64,000 bases of DNA, from positions 1 through 64,000 of the IMG/VR virus record IMGVR_UViG_3300037067_011302; one strand, written 5' to 3'. Under the pieces are notes generated by a model that worked only from the letters and a program-made list of their open reading frames with translations, was not told where the DNA came from and made no database searches. Below are positions 35,493 through 46,515 of this stretch, piece by piece (position 1 is the stretch's first letter; the number at the start of each line of letters is the position of its first letter). A program made the position numbers and the translations under genes. The DNA is from a virus (taxonomy: Duplodnaviria > Caudoviricetes).

Positions 35493-38400
35493 TCAAACCT
35501 TCAGCGATTGAACGAACTCAGCCAACGTCGGCGCTCCCTCGTATTGTCCATAGGCATCCGAAAACGTGAGCGTCATCTGCGTCTCAAATTTTCCTGGCGT
35601 CAGAGTGTGTGTCACGCCCGTCAGGCCGTAGATGTTGTCGACGGTCGTGCCGGTGTTCAGGTCGACGAAGAACATTTGGCCGAACGTCAACAGCGGACAC
35701 CCCAAGGACGTGATCGTCATCGTCGCCGGAATGATCCTGAGGGGTAATCCACGGACTCCTGATCCGTTCGGCTGCGCGACCTTCGGAGGACCCGACTTCT
35801 TTGCGACCGTCTGCATCTGAGCGACAGTCATCAGCGCGTCCTGCTTTGATGCAAGCGTCATGTTCGTGACGGTCGACGAGTTCATTCCGTAGATGATGCT
35901 CGGAACCATCTTCGACACGTAATCCTTGATTCCTTGGTTCGTCGTCGCATTCGCGTCACCGTAGCTCAACGTTCCGTCCTTCTGCATCTGAGGAATCAAC
36001 TTCTGCAGCTGATCGATGTTCAAGCCTGTCGCTGAATTCTTTGCCTTCTCAACGTCCGACGAATTGACCTCAACGTAGTGACCTGATGCATCATCCTCGG
36101 AACGCAGAAGCATCTTCTCGCTCTTGTATGGATCATTCACCCTATCGAACACGTGCAATCGCATGACGCGCTTGTACATCGTTCCATCAGAGAACGTGCC
36201 CGTCGTCGGATCAATGCTCGAATAGAACTCCAACGAATCACACAGCGTGCCGTCCGCACGAACGTACGTCGTCTCGATGTAGAACTCAATGACCGGCATG
36301 CTGAAGGGACCCCTCGATGAAAACATGCCAGACAGCGCATTCTCGTACGCCTGTTCGGCGTTGAAGTTCATCACCTTCTTGATCTTTGCGTCCTTGTTGA
36401 AGGGATCGTATGGCATGAAGAATGATCTGAACCCGTACCCGATCCCACGCATGTCGCCCAACTGAGCGTCGACGACCAGCCTAAAGAACTCCTCGATCGT
36501 TATGTTGCCTGAACCCTTCGCGGTGACGTACTCACGGTACTGGTCAAAGAACATCGACGTGTCAATCGGAAATTCTGCGATGTTTGAACCTCCTGCGGCA
36601 CCGGCTTGAGCGTTGAACTGGTAGAAGAATAGTTGCAGTTCATCGATTCCGTCCAACGAGTCTAGAATAGAGCCCAAGAACACCGCCGTCAACTTGCCGA
36701 ATGTCGTCACGCGGCGCCTGAACCCAGTCTCATTGCGAGAAAAATTCCCGACCGTCAAACTGATGGAATCCGGCATGCCGCCGGGGCGCTTCTGGGCGGC
36801 ACTCTTGGCAGCTAATTCTTCTGTCGTTCCTTTCACGGTCACCGACTCCGGTTCTGCTAGATATGCGTCAATTGCATCGCACATCGTCTCAAACTGGGTC
36901 GGGGGTGCCTGGTACGTGACCGGACTCTTTGCTTGCTTCTTTGCTGAACACCTGAATGGATCGTCGCCATTGAATGCCTTTCTAAATCTCTCATTAACAA
37001 TCGAGATTGTGGCGTCCTTCACCTGTTCTTTGAACGTCTGTGCGTTGTACCCCTTCGGCCTCGAATAGTAGTCCCTTAACGCATCGGTAAGCTTCTTGAA
37101 ATTTTTCTGCGAAACGCTCGGAGTCTTTCCCTTCGTCCTTGTTGCCGCAGCGTATCCTGCCTCGAGGTCCTTTATTGCTTGGTCAATTTCACCTTGTTTG
37201 AGCGCCGGAAACGTCTCGTTCACGGCCGATTCTAGCAACATCACGCCACGAGCGTCCTTGCTTGAACCGAACGAATATCCGGAATAGACGACGTTGGCCG
37301 CGGCCGCGACTCGTTTTGCTGCGGCACGCAGCTTCATGATCGTTGCGTTGCTGCTGAAGTTGTCGCTCGCAACGTTCAACGTACGCATCGTCGGCATTCC
37401 CTTCGTCCACAGTTCCAGCGTGATCGTCACCTGGCCAAATGCATCGAACGAAAACTGCGTGTTTGCTATGCCGTATGCCTCGCGCACGAGCATGTTCTTG
37501 TTTATGAAGTCAGCGTACGTTGACGAACCGACGACGGAAGTCGTGGAATCTTCAGGATAGTGCCACCCGTACGTGATCCACACCGTCGGAGCTGACTCAG
37601 CGCTCTGATAGACGTTTGGCCTGATCAGGTCACTGATGTCGCACAACCTCGAGCGATCGTGCAGCTTGATGACCAACGTTCCCTTCTTGTATGAAAAAAG
37701 GCCTGCTGTCGGCGCGACGGATATGTTGAAGCTCTCAATCGACATGAGAGGTCGCATGGGATCGATGACGTCAACGTACCGTGAACCCTGTGCCTTCTGG
37801 TCGAGGTTCAACAACGTTTGTGGCGCGGTGAAGGCCTCCATTCCCATCGACGTCACGACGGTGTCGTACGCTTCGGTTGAATCATTCGTCGAGTATACCG
37901 ACTTGACTGACTTTTCTCTGCCCGATATCAATGCATGCGTTCCGGTCCCGGGAACGTTCGGTGCGTTGTCAAAGCCGACCAAGAACTTGACGAGCCCCGG
38001 TGACTGGAGGTTGTCAGTTGAATCGATTCGATTAAACACGAACTCAACGTCCAACACAGGCGACATGCGGGACGCAATCATCGATGGCACGTAGTTTAAG
38101 AACTGCTCACACCGTTCTGCGTTCCTACACGATGGACTCAGGAATGGAGACGTGCACAGGATGATTCCCATCCGTTTTTCGAGCTTCGTTCCGACGATCT
38201 GTTCAAACGTCACGTTCTCTGTCGATCCGTCTGAACGCACTGACAAATTGTTCATCTTCGCAAATTCTTTATTTGTCGTCACGTCGCTCGATGCGTACAG
38301 CCTGATCACATCGTTGAACGTTTTGCGTAGTTCGTCAGGAATCTGCTTTCCAGACGTCCCCTGCAACAATTCGTTCAACTTCTTTGCGAGGTCGTCAATG

Positions 38401-38558
38401 CTTAGGACGCCGTTCACTCCGTATATCGTGTCAAGCACTTCCTTCGCGATTGACACGCTATTCACGTCAGACGATGACACGAGGCGGCGCGCACCGAGCA
38501 ACGTCGTCGGCGTCACCATCCTGTAGATTCCTTCGAGCGTGTTCTGTATGTCAGACAT
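35493..38558 (-). CDS. Large virion protein, probable baseplate hub
   Basis: 1021 aa after a LysM-like gene; C-terminal LGCP...YGLTGVTHTLTPGKFET is hub-like. Confidence 0.6.
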   Translation of the reverse strand: MSDIQNTLEGIYRMVTPTTLLGARRLVSSSDVNSVSIAKEVLDTIYGVNGVLSIDDLAKKLNELLQGTSGKQIPDELRKTFNDVIRLYASSDVTTNKEFAKMNNLSVRSDGSTENVTFEQIVGTKLEKRMGIILCTSPFLSPSCRNAERCEQFLNYVPSMIASRMSPVLDVEFVFNRIDSTDNLQSPGLVKFLVGFDNAPNVPGTGTHALISGREKSVKSVYSTNDSTEAYDTVVTSMGMEAFTAPQTLLNLDQKAQGSRYVDVIDPMRPLMSIESFNISVAPTAGLFSYKKGTLVIKLHDRSRLCDISDLIRPNVYQSAESAPTVWITYGWHYPEDSTTSVVGSSTYADFINKNMLVREAYGIANTQFSFDAFGQVTITLELWTKGMPTMRTLNVASDNFSSNATIMKLRAAAKRVAAAANVVYSGYSFGSSKDARGVMLLESAVNETFPALKQGEIDQAIKDLEAGYAAATRTKGKTPSVSQKNFKKLTDALRDYYSRPKGYNAQTFKEQVKDATISIVNERFRKAFNGDDPFRCSAKKQAKSPVTYQAPPTQFETMCDAIDAYLAEPESVTVKGTTEELAAKSAAQKRPGGMPDSISLTVGNFSRNETGFRRRVTTFGKLTAVFLGSILDSLDGIDELQLFFYQFNAQAGAAGGSNIAEFPIDTSMFFDQYREYVTAKGSGNITIEEFFRLVVDAQLGDMRGIGYGFRSFFMPYDPFNKDAKIKKVMNFNAEQAYENALSGMFSSRGPFSMPVIEFYIETTYVRADGTLCDSLEFYSSIDPTTGTFSDGTMYKRVMRLHVFDRVNDPYKSEKMLLRSEDDASGHYVEVNSSDVEKAKNSATGLNIDQLQKLIPQMQKDGTLSYGDANATTNQGIKDYVSKMVPSIIYGMNSSTVTNMTLASKQDALMTVAQMQTVAKKSGPPKVAQPNGSGVRGLPLRIIPATMTITSLGCPLLTFGQMFFVDLNTGTTVDNIYGLTGVTHTLTPGKFETQMTLTFSDAYGQYEGAPTLAEFVQSLKV

Positions 38559-38559
38559 T

Positions 38560-38853
38560 TCAACCCAACAACTTTGCGACCGCGGCGATGTCAGGAATTC
38601 TTAGCTCCGTTCCTGCCGGAACCTGCATTCCCCATCCTATCTCACTGGCGGCGGCAATCACCCACCAATAACGTCCATCGCCGTACACCGATCCTGCGAC
38701 GGTGTCCAATCTCTCTGCACCTCGTAAGACGTCGATCGTATACGACAACGTCCCAGCGGCCATGGCCGACCTGATCGTCTGAATGGCAATCGATGTTCCA
38801 AACTGTGTGCCGAGGCTCAACTTCGGCGAACGTGCGTACCTACTGAATGCCAT
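38560..38853 (-). CDS. LysM-like baseplate protein (gpX/gp53-like)
   Basis: ERLDTVAGSVYGDGRYWWVIAAA...GTELRIP. Confidence 0.8.
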   Translation of the reverse strand: MAFSRYARSPKLSLGTQFGTSIAIQTIRSAMAAGTLSYTIDVLRGAERLDTVAGSVYGDGRYWWVIAAASEIGWGMQVPAGTELRIPDIAAVAKLLG

Positions 38854-38855
38854 TG

Positions 38856-41800
38856 TCAGTCCTCACTCTCAAGGTCGAATCCGTGCTTCATCGCGGCACC
38901 GACTGGATAAATTGGAGCGCGATTGTACCCGTGATGGTCGATGCCAGGAGATACGTCGTGGATCGGTGAGAACGCCAACGTCACCTTGCACGACATCGGA
39001 GCTATCCTACCAGGCGTCTCAGTCTCCCACAGTGAATCGAACCACTCAAAGCCCATCGACTCAATCACGCCGGCGAGACCCTTTCCTCGTGTTGTTCTGA
39101 AGGATCGCGTGATGGCGTTCGTCTTTTCACTCAAGAAGTTTGACAACGCATCAACGTCCTCAGCGCCGCTGATTCCGATCGTCGCCAACGCCTCGTGCAT
39201 CGCCTTCCTTGAAGGCTTTAATATATTGTGATTAATGATGAAATCAAGACCGATGAACTTTACATATTTCTTACTCAATTCACCAATGATCCTATTCGCT
39301 TCAGCACTAGCATAACCAGCTTGAATCAATTCATCAGCGGTGATCAATTCACATGTGGCCAACACTGACAAGTATTGATTAAGTGCATTCACCTTCAGTC
39401 CTTTTCCGAGAAATATGAAATAATCGAGATCAGCAAGGCTTCCTCCGAGATCAAATACTTGAACGGGAGGTGATGAACCAGGTGCAGACACAGCGTTGGG
39501 AGCCGCTGGAAAGCCATCAGAATCAACGTGGAACGTCTTTCCGGACGGCGACGACCAAATTGAATCGATGACCGTCTTGATCCTATCCTTGTACTGTGCG
39601 TAGCCTCTGAATTCTATCTTATTTCCTCCATTATTTCCTCCAATCGACATCACATCTGAGTCAGCACCAAACAGGCGCGCCAGAGCAAATCGTGAATAGT
39701 TCGACCTGATGAGGTCTCCAACGCGCAGGCGAATGAGAGGCGAAGAACCGATCAGCTGGCTGAACGGTTGGATGAACGTCGTTCCATCGTCGGCAACGAT
39801 CGATCGACCTCGCGTGTATTGCGGATAGATGAGGGTGACGAGCTTGTTGATCTTCATCCACATGTCGTCGAAGTCCTGCTTGCTCGTCGCGACGACGTAG
39901 AAACTGAGGTCGATCTTCCTCGCGGTGCTCTTGTAGATCTTCACCGGATCAACGCGACCAAATCCTTCAGGCGACTCATAATTTGCGACGTAATTTTCAC
40001 CGAGCGACGACAAGAACGCATGAAATCCAACGATCTCATTCGTCCTCAAGTCGTGAAAGTAAAACGGAACGTACTCAGCCTCGAGCATCGACTCCATCTT
40101 CTTGACGGTCGGCTCGTCCATCGCCTTCGACGTACGTGGAATCCTCTTTGTACCGTCGTTCGTCGTTGCCGCAAAGAACGTCCTTGAATTTGTGTCAGTC
40201 AGACCGAGCGGTCCGCGGAATCCACCCAACTTGTCGTCGAGCAATTGCATCGTCATCGTTGAGTCAGGGATCAGGTACAACGACGGTGCGCGGGAAGATG
40301 CCCAAGCGAGCTTAGCACAAGTATTTCCGCTCGAATCTTTCAACCTACTCTTCTTGACGTTTGCGTGTGGAACGTCGTTTGGCAGCCTGTTGACGTCGAG
40401 GTGACTCACGTTCTCGTCACTCTTTGATGCGACGGTCGCCAGGACGGCATCTCCGAGCGTTGTGAACACGTTCATTGCGGCAATGATCTTTGAACTCTTG
40501 ATCACGCGAAGGATGCCCACGGCGCCTTGGACGCCTGCGATCGGATTCCTAGCGAATGCGTCGGCAATCTTGTTGATGGCTTCGGCAATGATCTGTCCTG
40601 AACGAACGATCGTCCTGGCAACGTTAATGTTGAATCCTGCAGACGTGGTGTCGTCTAGAACGCCGGTCATTGCAGACGAAAGTGCACCGATCACCTGCGA
40701 GCCCACGCCGCCCATTGCCGCCTTCGCTCCTAGAAAGAACGCAGCGGCACCCGTCTGAAGCGCCGTGCCGAATGGATAGACGGTTCCGTGCAGGCCGAGC
40801 AGCGCCATCATATTGGGTGGAAAGCTAGTGTCATTCGGATCGGTCAACGAATCGTACGTTGAACTGCCCAACTTGTACATGTCATCGCGCTTCTTCAATG
40901 CCGGTGTCGTCTCTGATCCGATCGAGATCAGCGTACCAACGACCTCAAAGACGACCAAGACGCCGGCGGTGAGCGCCAACGATAGTGCTATCTGTCCAAC
41001 GTTCAGTGCACCCACGAACGGCTCGTTCACGTTGTTCACGGCGCCCCACGACTGACCTCCGAACGGCGCGATCTCAACCAACGCGTCGGTGGGGTACTCG
41101 TCGCTCGAGAGCCGTTCCAGAACGTCCCTTGCGCTCAACAGCTGGTTGTCCACCTTTGTGATGCCCATTTGATTGGGAGATGGCAAGAATGATGCTTCTA
41201 GGGCCGCGGAAGAGTTTGGATTGAACCCATCCTCACCCGACAACACTTCACCTGATGCACGTAGCGAGAGTGCAGCACCGACCTGCGCCATCTTCATGAA
41301 CGACACTGGTTTCTCGAACCCAGGAATTTTGACAGTCGTGTCGAAGTCTGCTGGAGGATTTGACGACAACGCAGGATCGATTATCGGTTCCTCGGCAGAG
41401 AATCGATTGTGCGACAGCACGGCGGACGCGTACTTTTTGGCAATGACGCGTGGTTGATCAACGTCTCCAATCAATAGGTTGTTGCCGTTCGCCGCGCCGG
41501 GCGGTGACAACTTCTTTCCTTTGTTGAGTTGATTGGCTATCGTCGGATAATCACGAGAGTACGTCTGGTCAATTCGTTGATATTCTCCTCCTGCAAAACC
41601 ATTTTCGTTCTGAGGTGATGGAGGAATGGGATAGCCCTTCTCGTCGGACACGCTGGTTTCGGACGTCTTGTAATCGACAAAATAATAGTTTGGCGTTCCC
41701 TTTGCGTAGCCGTGCCCACCGTGTGTTGATGTCGAAAGGTACCTACCGAGCGTCTCACGCGTTTGCTTGCTGACGTCCTTCTTTGGTGCCGGCTGCGACA

Positions 41801-42005
41801 TGTCGCCGTGGTCGGTCTCAACGGGATCAACGGGTTGTTCATTTTCTGAGATGACGTCGAGCGCATACGTCTTTCCGTCTATCTCAAAGCCACCGATGCC
41901 GGTGTCGATTCCTGCACCAACACGACCCGAGATCTTTGCCGCGGTGGACGTTTCATTCGTGCCCATCGCGTTTGCATTTGTGTTGGTGCCGTCGGGCTTT
42001 GCCAT
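38856..42005 (-). CDS. Large virion protein, probable tube-initiator/baseplate component
   Basis: PFYFHDLR, GRVDPVKIY..T.R.I...F, SPLIRLRVGDL; lies between the tape measure and LysM genes. Confidence 0.6.
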   Translation of the reverse strand: MAKPDGTNTNANAMGTNETSTAAKISGRVGAGIDTGIGGFEIDGKTYALDVISENEQPVDPVETDHGDMSQPAPKKDVSKQTRETLGRYLSTSTHGGHGYAKGTPNYYFVDYKTSETSVSDEKGYPIPPSPQNENGFAGGEYQRIDQTYSRDYPTIANQLNKGKKLSPPGAANGNNLLIGDVDQPRVIAKKYASAVLSHNRFSAEEPIIDPALSSNPPADFDTTVKIPGFEKPVSFMKMAQVGAALSLRASGEVLSGEDGFNPNSSAALEASFLPSPNQMGITKVDNQLLSARDVLERLSSDEYPTDALVEIAPFGGQSWGAVNNVNEPFVGALNVGQIALSLALTAGVLVVFEVVGTLISIGSETTPALKKRDDMYKLGSSTYDSLTDPNDTSFPPNMMALLGLHGTVYPFGTALQTGAAAFFLGAKAAMGGVGSQVIGALSSAMTGVLDDTTSAGFNINVARTIVRSGQIIAEAINKIADAFARNPIAGVQGAVGILRVIKSSKIIAAMNVFTTLGDAVLATVASKSDENVSHLDVNRLPNDVPHANVKKSRLKDSSGNTCAKLAWASSRAPSLYLIPDSTMTMQLLDDKLGGFRGPLGLTDTNSRTFFAATTNDGTKRIPRTSKAMDEPTVKKMESMLEAEYVPFYFHDLRTNEIVGFHAFLSSLGENYVANYESPEGFGRVDPVKIYKSTARKIDLSFYVVATSKQDFDDMWMKINKLVTLIYPQYTRGRSIVADDGTTFIQPFSQLIGSSPLIRLRVGDLIRSNYSRFALARLFGADSDVMSIGGNNGGNKIEFRGYAQYKDRIKTVIDSIWSSPSGKTFHVDSDGFPAAPNAVSAPGSSPPVQVFDLGGSLADLDYFIFLGKGLKVNALNQYLSVLATCELITADELIQAGYASAEANRIIGELSKKYVKFIGLDFIINHNILKPSRKAMHEALATIGISGAEDVDALSNFLSEKTNAITRSFRTTRGKGLAGVIESMGFEWFDSLWETETPGRIAPMSCKVTLAFSPIHDVSPGIDHHGYNRAPIYPVGAAMKHGFDLESED

Positions 42006-42013
42006 GATTCTAA

Positions 42014-42226
42014 CTACTCACTGTGTTTCGTTGTGTGCTCACTCGCGGTCGCGTTCGGCCTAACGACAGACGTCACTCTGCCAAGCGATGCCGCAAATTC
42101 AACGACGAACGTTGACGCCGCAGAGGTGATCCTCTTCCTCTCGTCATCGTCCTTCGCCAACGACAGAGCTCGTTGAAAGATAGGATTGTCACGCAATTTC
42201 TTCAGCAGTTCTTCATTCGATAGCAC
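42014..42226 (-). CDS. Small hypothetical protein
   Basis: Fills the gap; GAGGTG RBS. Confidence 0.55.
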   Translation of the reverse strand: MLSNEELLKKLRDNPIFQRALSLAKDDDERKRITSAASTFVVEFAASLGRVTSVVRPNATASEHTTKHSE

Positions 42227-42234
42227 GCTTCACC

Positions 42235-45200
42235 TCATGAACTCGACTTCGTGATGTCGGCAACTGACGACTGGTACGCACCTGGAAGTGCCGGCTCTCC
42301 TCGTTGTCCTGCGGTGTCGCCGGTCGTCGCAAAGTTCAACCTCTGCCTGATGATCGACGACGACCTCATGATCATGACCTTCTCGACCTGACCGGCGTCC
42401 ATCGTGATGTTGAGGTTCAACTTGATGTTCACGGCCTTGTTCTTGATTGTATACTCCGCCTTGGCACCCAGGCCCAACGACGTTGCAACCTTCTCGAGCT
42501 TCGCCTTGACGTTGAACTTGTTGAGCGTGTCGTCAGACAATGCATCGTCCATTTCGTTGACGACCTTCACCATCTGTTTCACTGCGTTCATTGCCTCCTT
42601 CAACGCGCCAGAATTAATATTACCTATGAGTTGTGCAGAAGACGCTGCAATAGACGTCACAGCATCAGACATGCCAGAAAGTTGGCTAGATACGTTATTC
42701 AAATTTTCCAAATTTTCCAAATTTGATATCGCTGATGACGCACTATCAATTCCTAAGATCGATTCAAACATTGACGTCGTGTCTGCCGTACTGTCTTTCA
42801 TGACATCTGGCATGTCTTTTATGCCTAGACCCAGTCCTTCAACGATTCTTGAACCAATGCGTTGTGACCATTTTGAAGGACTTTGTACTTCATATTCTTG
42901 ACTCATTGCTTCTTTCGACTCTGCTGCGGCCGCTAACATTTTTTCTCTCACGCCAGGCAACACCTCTTCAAATGGAGCTATAACGTTATTGACGACTCCT
43001 TTAAAGAATTTCTTAATATTTTCCCATGAAAAGATCTTTTTTATAGTTTCCCATACTGTCTCAAATGCATTTCCAATTGGCGTGACAACGTAATCATCAA
43101 ACCACTTACACACAGAAGAGAACACATCTTTGATCCACGACCAAGCTTGTACAGCCGCTTCATAACATGCAGTAAAAGCTCTTCCTATTGCTCTACCGGC
43201 TGCCATGAATGCATCTGCAATTTCTTGAGCACCTTGTGCTAATTTTTCATTAATTTTGCTAAATGCTATTTTAAATTCTTCAATAGTTGGTCCTAACTTT
43301 TCTGATAACCAATCAACAGCTTCAGAAAATGCTAATCCTAACATTCTTACAAAGATCTTGATCCCTCTAAACGCATACATTGCGCCTTTGTAGATCAGTC
43401 CAATAAGCTTGAACAAATAACCTAAAATTGGTATGTCGCCTAATTTCTCACAAACTTTTGACATGACTTCATAAAACTTTTCGGTGAACAACAACCCAAG
43501 CTCGACAGCCTTCGTAATCACACGTGGTATGCCTTTGATCGTAAAAACAATCGCGGAAACAAGCACATCAATGATTTTTTCACCCACTGCGACAACGGAA
43601 TCAGAAATTTCGGCTGTATCACCAGTAAAAATAGCTTTTATTGCATTTCCAACTTCTCGCAAAAGGTTGAGCTCTTCACGTAAATACGTACCGAATGATT
43701 CGCTGAATCCGGGTCCAAAGCATTTCTCAAGTTTTTTCAAAACTTTTCCCGCAAACTCAGCCGAAGCAATTGATATTGATTCAATTGTGCTGTCAGGAAG
43801 CAATCCTAATGTCAAAGCGTTAGCAACGCCTCCGACTGATAAGCCAATCGTGCCCTCTGTTTCGCCACACCTCGTTTTCACGCTAGATTCAAACTTATCA
43901 AAGACAGTGTCAATGTTTGTTGACAACGCAATGACGGCGCCTGCAATACCAACGCCTTTACCGAGCGAACTACCTAGAATTTTGCCAAACAATGATGCCG
44001 CTTTAGAGAATGCACCAACAGCACCACCACCAGTAAACAAACCCGTTATAGCGTTAATAATCAGTGGTCCCGCTGTAATAATTGCGCCTATGGCTGCCTG
44101 AATTGCCGCAGGTCCAAACAGAATACCCACAGCCCAAGGAAGTATTTTCTTCAACAACTTACTGACTCTTGGTGATTTGATAAACTCAACGAACTTGTCC
44201 CAAATCTTACGTGCAAGTTCCTCAAGCGGACCCTTCAACCTGTTCCACGCGTACTTCAAAGAGTCGATGAGCGGACCAAAGAACTGCTCGAGGAACCCAA
44301 GCGCACCGGACGCCGCACCACCCACCGCCAACTTCTTCTTGCCAGTGACCAAGTCAGCGATCGCCTGAAGTCCATCGGCGACCTTGTCTGACACCCACCT
44401 GATGATTCCACTGAGTGCCTTGCTGAATTGCAGGCCGAACTCCTTTGCGCCATTCACGATGTTGTCAAATGCACCCTTTTGTTTATTGAAGTACTTGGAA
44501 AACTCACCACGCATACCTTCCATCTTTTCGGCAACTGACTTCTTACCGTCAGAAAGAATAGTGACGCATCCTCCAACCATTTCCTGCATCTTCTTAGGAT
44601 TGAAAAATTCTGCCAACCCGCCGAAGAACGACTTGATGGAAGGCATGTTAGCAAACGCCTTGCCGAGCCTGATGCCCTGCATGTAGACCATGCTCAACGC
44701 CTGCTTGATGCTGAACATGAGCGTCATGAACTCCTTCGACGACTGGATGCCACCAAAGAACCCCTTCACGAACATGTCCCAGAAACTGCCGAGCTGACCT
44801 CCACCCGACATCACCAATCGCTCGATGCTGTCGGCGAGCTTGCTCATCGCCTCTTCCTGCGTCATCTGCTTCTTTGCGGCCGCTTCGCTCTTTCTCTTGA
44901 TCGAATCATACGATGCACCGGCATTCTGCATCGAGAACGCCTGCTTCGCCGTGGCGGCATCCAATCCCGTCGTCTGCGCCACGAGCGCCAGCTGCTGCCT
45001 GCTGAACTTTGATGCGTCAACGCCGGCGGCGCGGAACGACTTTCGTAGTGCTTCGATCTGCTCGGCGGGGTTCTGTGCCTCCATCATCTTGAACGCGTCG
45101 ATCTGCACGCCGAACGTTTGTGACAACTTCGCGGCGTTCTCAGCGGCGGAATCGAACGTCTCGAACGCCGACAATGTGCCGACGATCTTATCGAGCTCGA

Positions 45201-46200
45201 GGCCCAACTTACGCGCGTACACAGACGCCTGAGCAATCTCTTTGACCGTGAGCTGGCCGAAGTGAGCGACGTTCTGCAACGCCTTCGCCATGTCCTTTCC
45301 GATCAACTTCTGGTCAATGTCAAACGCCTTGCCGAGCTCGAGCGTCTGCTTCGTCATGTCGAGGAACACCTTGTTCATCGGCTGACCCATCGTCAACGCA
45401 CGTTGGCCGATCGCACCCATCTGCTCATTGGTGACGCCGAGGCCCTTCTGGAACCCCATGAGTGCGCCGCCATTCTCAACGAACTCATTCTTCAGGACGC
45501 TGAATGTGGCGCCCATTCCCTCGGCGGTCTCACGCACCGCCTTGATGCGATCGTGCATGAATCCAAACACTCTGAACGTGCTGAGGCCGGTCGCCTCGAA
45601 TCCCTTGAACGATTTCGATGTATCGAGGATCGCCTTTGCACCCGCGGTGCGTAGGTTACCGAACGACTTTCTCACGTCCTCAATCGCCTGAGCGAGCTCG
45701 TTCATTCCGCCGCCTGATTGAGCTGCGATGCCGACGAGCTTCTTGAGCATGTGAAGTGGAGCCGCCAGGATCGCGGCGCCGATGTTGAAGATCGACTTCG
45801 CGGCCTGTGCGGTGAAGCCGACGAATCCCTTTCCGAGTGCAGTGACGTTTCGCAGACCCTGCCTGAAGCCGTTCATTGCAGCCGTCGCAACGATGAACGC
45901 TGGATGGACCTTCTTCAGCGTCGTTGCCGATAACTCCGTCATCCTGTTCGACAGTGCCTTGGCGCTGACCGTCGACTTGCCTGCCTCCTGTTGCAGTTCC
46001 TTCAACTTTGACGTGTCAATGTTTCCGAGCTTCTTTGACATCAACTCATCGACCGACTTCACGAGTTCCTTGAGCGAACCCGACTGAACGTCGAACGACT
46101 TCTCAAGTCCCTTCTGCATCGCGAGCATCTGATCCGTCAGAGTGTTCAACTTCGACGTCAACTCGATCTGCATCGTCAAATCTTTTGCTTTCGAGGCCAC
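42235..46200 (-). CDS. Tail tape measure protein
   Basis: 1321 aa, Ala/Gly-rich and helical, with hydrophobic segments and periodic W/F; position in the tail module. Confidence 0.8.
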   Translation of the reverse strand: MASKAKDLTMQIELTSKLNTLTDQMLAMQKGLEKSFDVQSGSLKELVKSVDELMSKKLGNIDTSKLKELQQEAGKSTVSAKALSNRMTELSATTLKKVHPAFIVATAAMNGFRQGLRNVTALGKGFVGFTAQAAKSIFNIGAAILAAPLHMLKKLVGIAAQSGGGMNELAQAIEDVRKSFGNLRTAGAKAILDTSKSFKGFEATGLSTFRVFGFMHDRIKAVRETAEGMGATFSVLKNEFVENGGALMGFQKGLGVTNEQMGAIGQRALTMGQPMNKVFLDMTKQTLELGKAFDIDQKLIGKDMAKALQNVAHFGQLTVKEIAQASVYARKLGLELDKIVGTLSAFETFDSAAENAAKLSQTFGVQIDAFKMMEAQNPAEQIEALRKSFRAAGVDASKFSRQQLALVAQTTGLDAATAKQAFSMQNAGASYDSIKRKSEAAAKKQMTQEEAMSKLADSIERLVMSGGGQLGSFWDMFVKGFFGGIQSSKEFMTLMFSIKQALSMVYMQGIRLGKAFANMPSIKSFFGGLAEFFNPKKMQEMVGGCVTILSDGKKSVAEKMEGMRGEFSKYFNKQKGAFDNIVNGAKEFGLQFSKALSGIIRWVSDKVADGLQAIADLVTGKKKLAVGGAASGALGFLEQFFGPLIDSLKYAWNRLKGPLEELARKIWDKFVEFIKSPRVSKLLKKILPWAVGILFGPAAIQAAIGAIITAGPLIINAITGLFTGGGAVGAFSKAASLFGKILGSSLGKGVGIAGAVIALSTNIDTVFDKFESSVKTRCGETEGTIGLSVGGVANALTLGLLPDSTIESISIASAEFAGKVLKKLEKCFGPGFSESFGTYLREELNLLREVGNAIKAIFTGDTAEISDSVVAVGEKIIDVLVSAIVFTIKGIPRVITKAVELGLLFTEKFYEVMSKVCEKLGDIPILGYLFKLIGLIYKGAMYAFRGIKIFVRMLGLAFSEAVDWLSEKLGPTIEEFKIAFSKINEKLAQGAQEIADAFMAAGRAIGRAFTACYEAAVQAWSWIKDVFSSVCKWFDDYVVTPIGNAFETVWETIKKIFSWENIKKFFKGVVNNVIAPFEEVLPGVREKMLAAAAESKEAMSQEYEVQSPSKWSQRIGSRIVEGLGLGIKDMPDVMKDSTADTTSMFESILGIDSASSAISNLENLENLNNVSSQLSGMSDAVTSIAASSAQLIGNINSGALKEAMNAVKQMVKVVNEMDDALSDDTLNKFNVKAKLEKVATSLGLGAKAEYTIKNKAVNIKLNLNITMDAGQVEKVMIMRSSSIIRQRLNFATTGDTAGQRGEPALPGAYQSSVADITKSSS

Positions 46201-46242
46201 GACGTAAATAGCGGCGGTGGGCGAGGACGATGCCTCCTACGT

Positions 46243-46515
46243 ATGATCATGTCGACGCAGAAGATGAACCTCTCTCAGGTGATGATGCTACGGGCAATCA
46301 GGTCGTGGATCACAGAGGGAAAGATGCCACTGAAAGTAAGAGGAACGCTGGATGAGGTAAGGATCGTGGGTGAGGTTGCTGAAGCCTCACGCGCACTACA
46401 CCTTGAAGTCAATGGCGATGATGCATCGTTGGTCAAGATCAACGAACTATTGTCGAGGAAATGTGCCGTCGCAAAAGAGTTCGAACGAACGTTTGGGTTC
46501 AAGTACCCATTCTGA
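46243..46515 (+). CDS. Hypothetical protein
   Basis: 90-aa ORF divergent from the tape measure gene. Confidence 0.6.
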   Translation: MIMSTQKMNLSQVMMLRAIRSWITEGKMPLKVRGTLDEVRIVGEVAEASRALHLEVNGDDASLVKINELLSRKCAVAKEFERTFGFKYPF

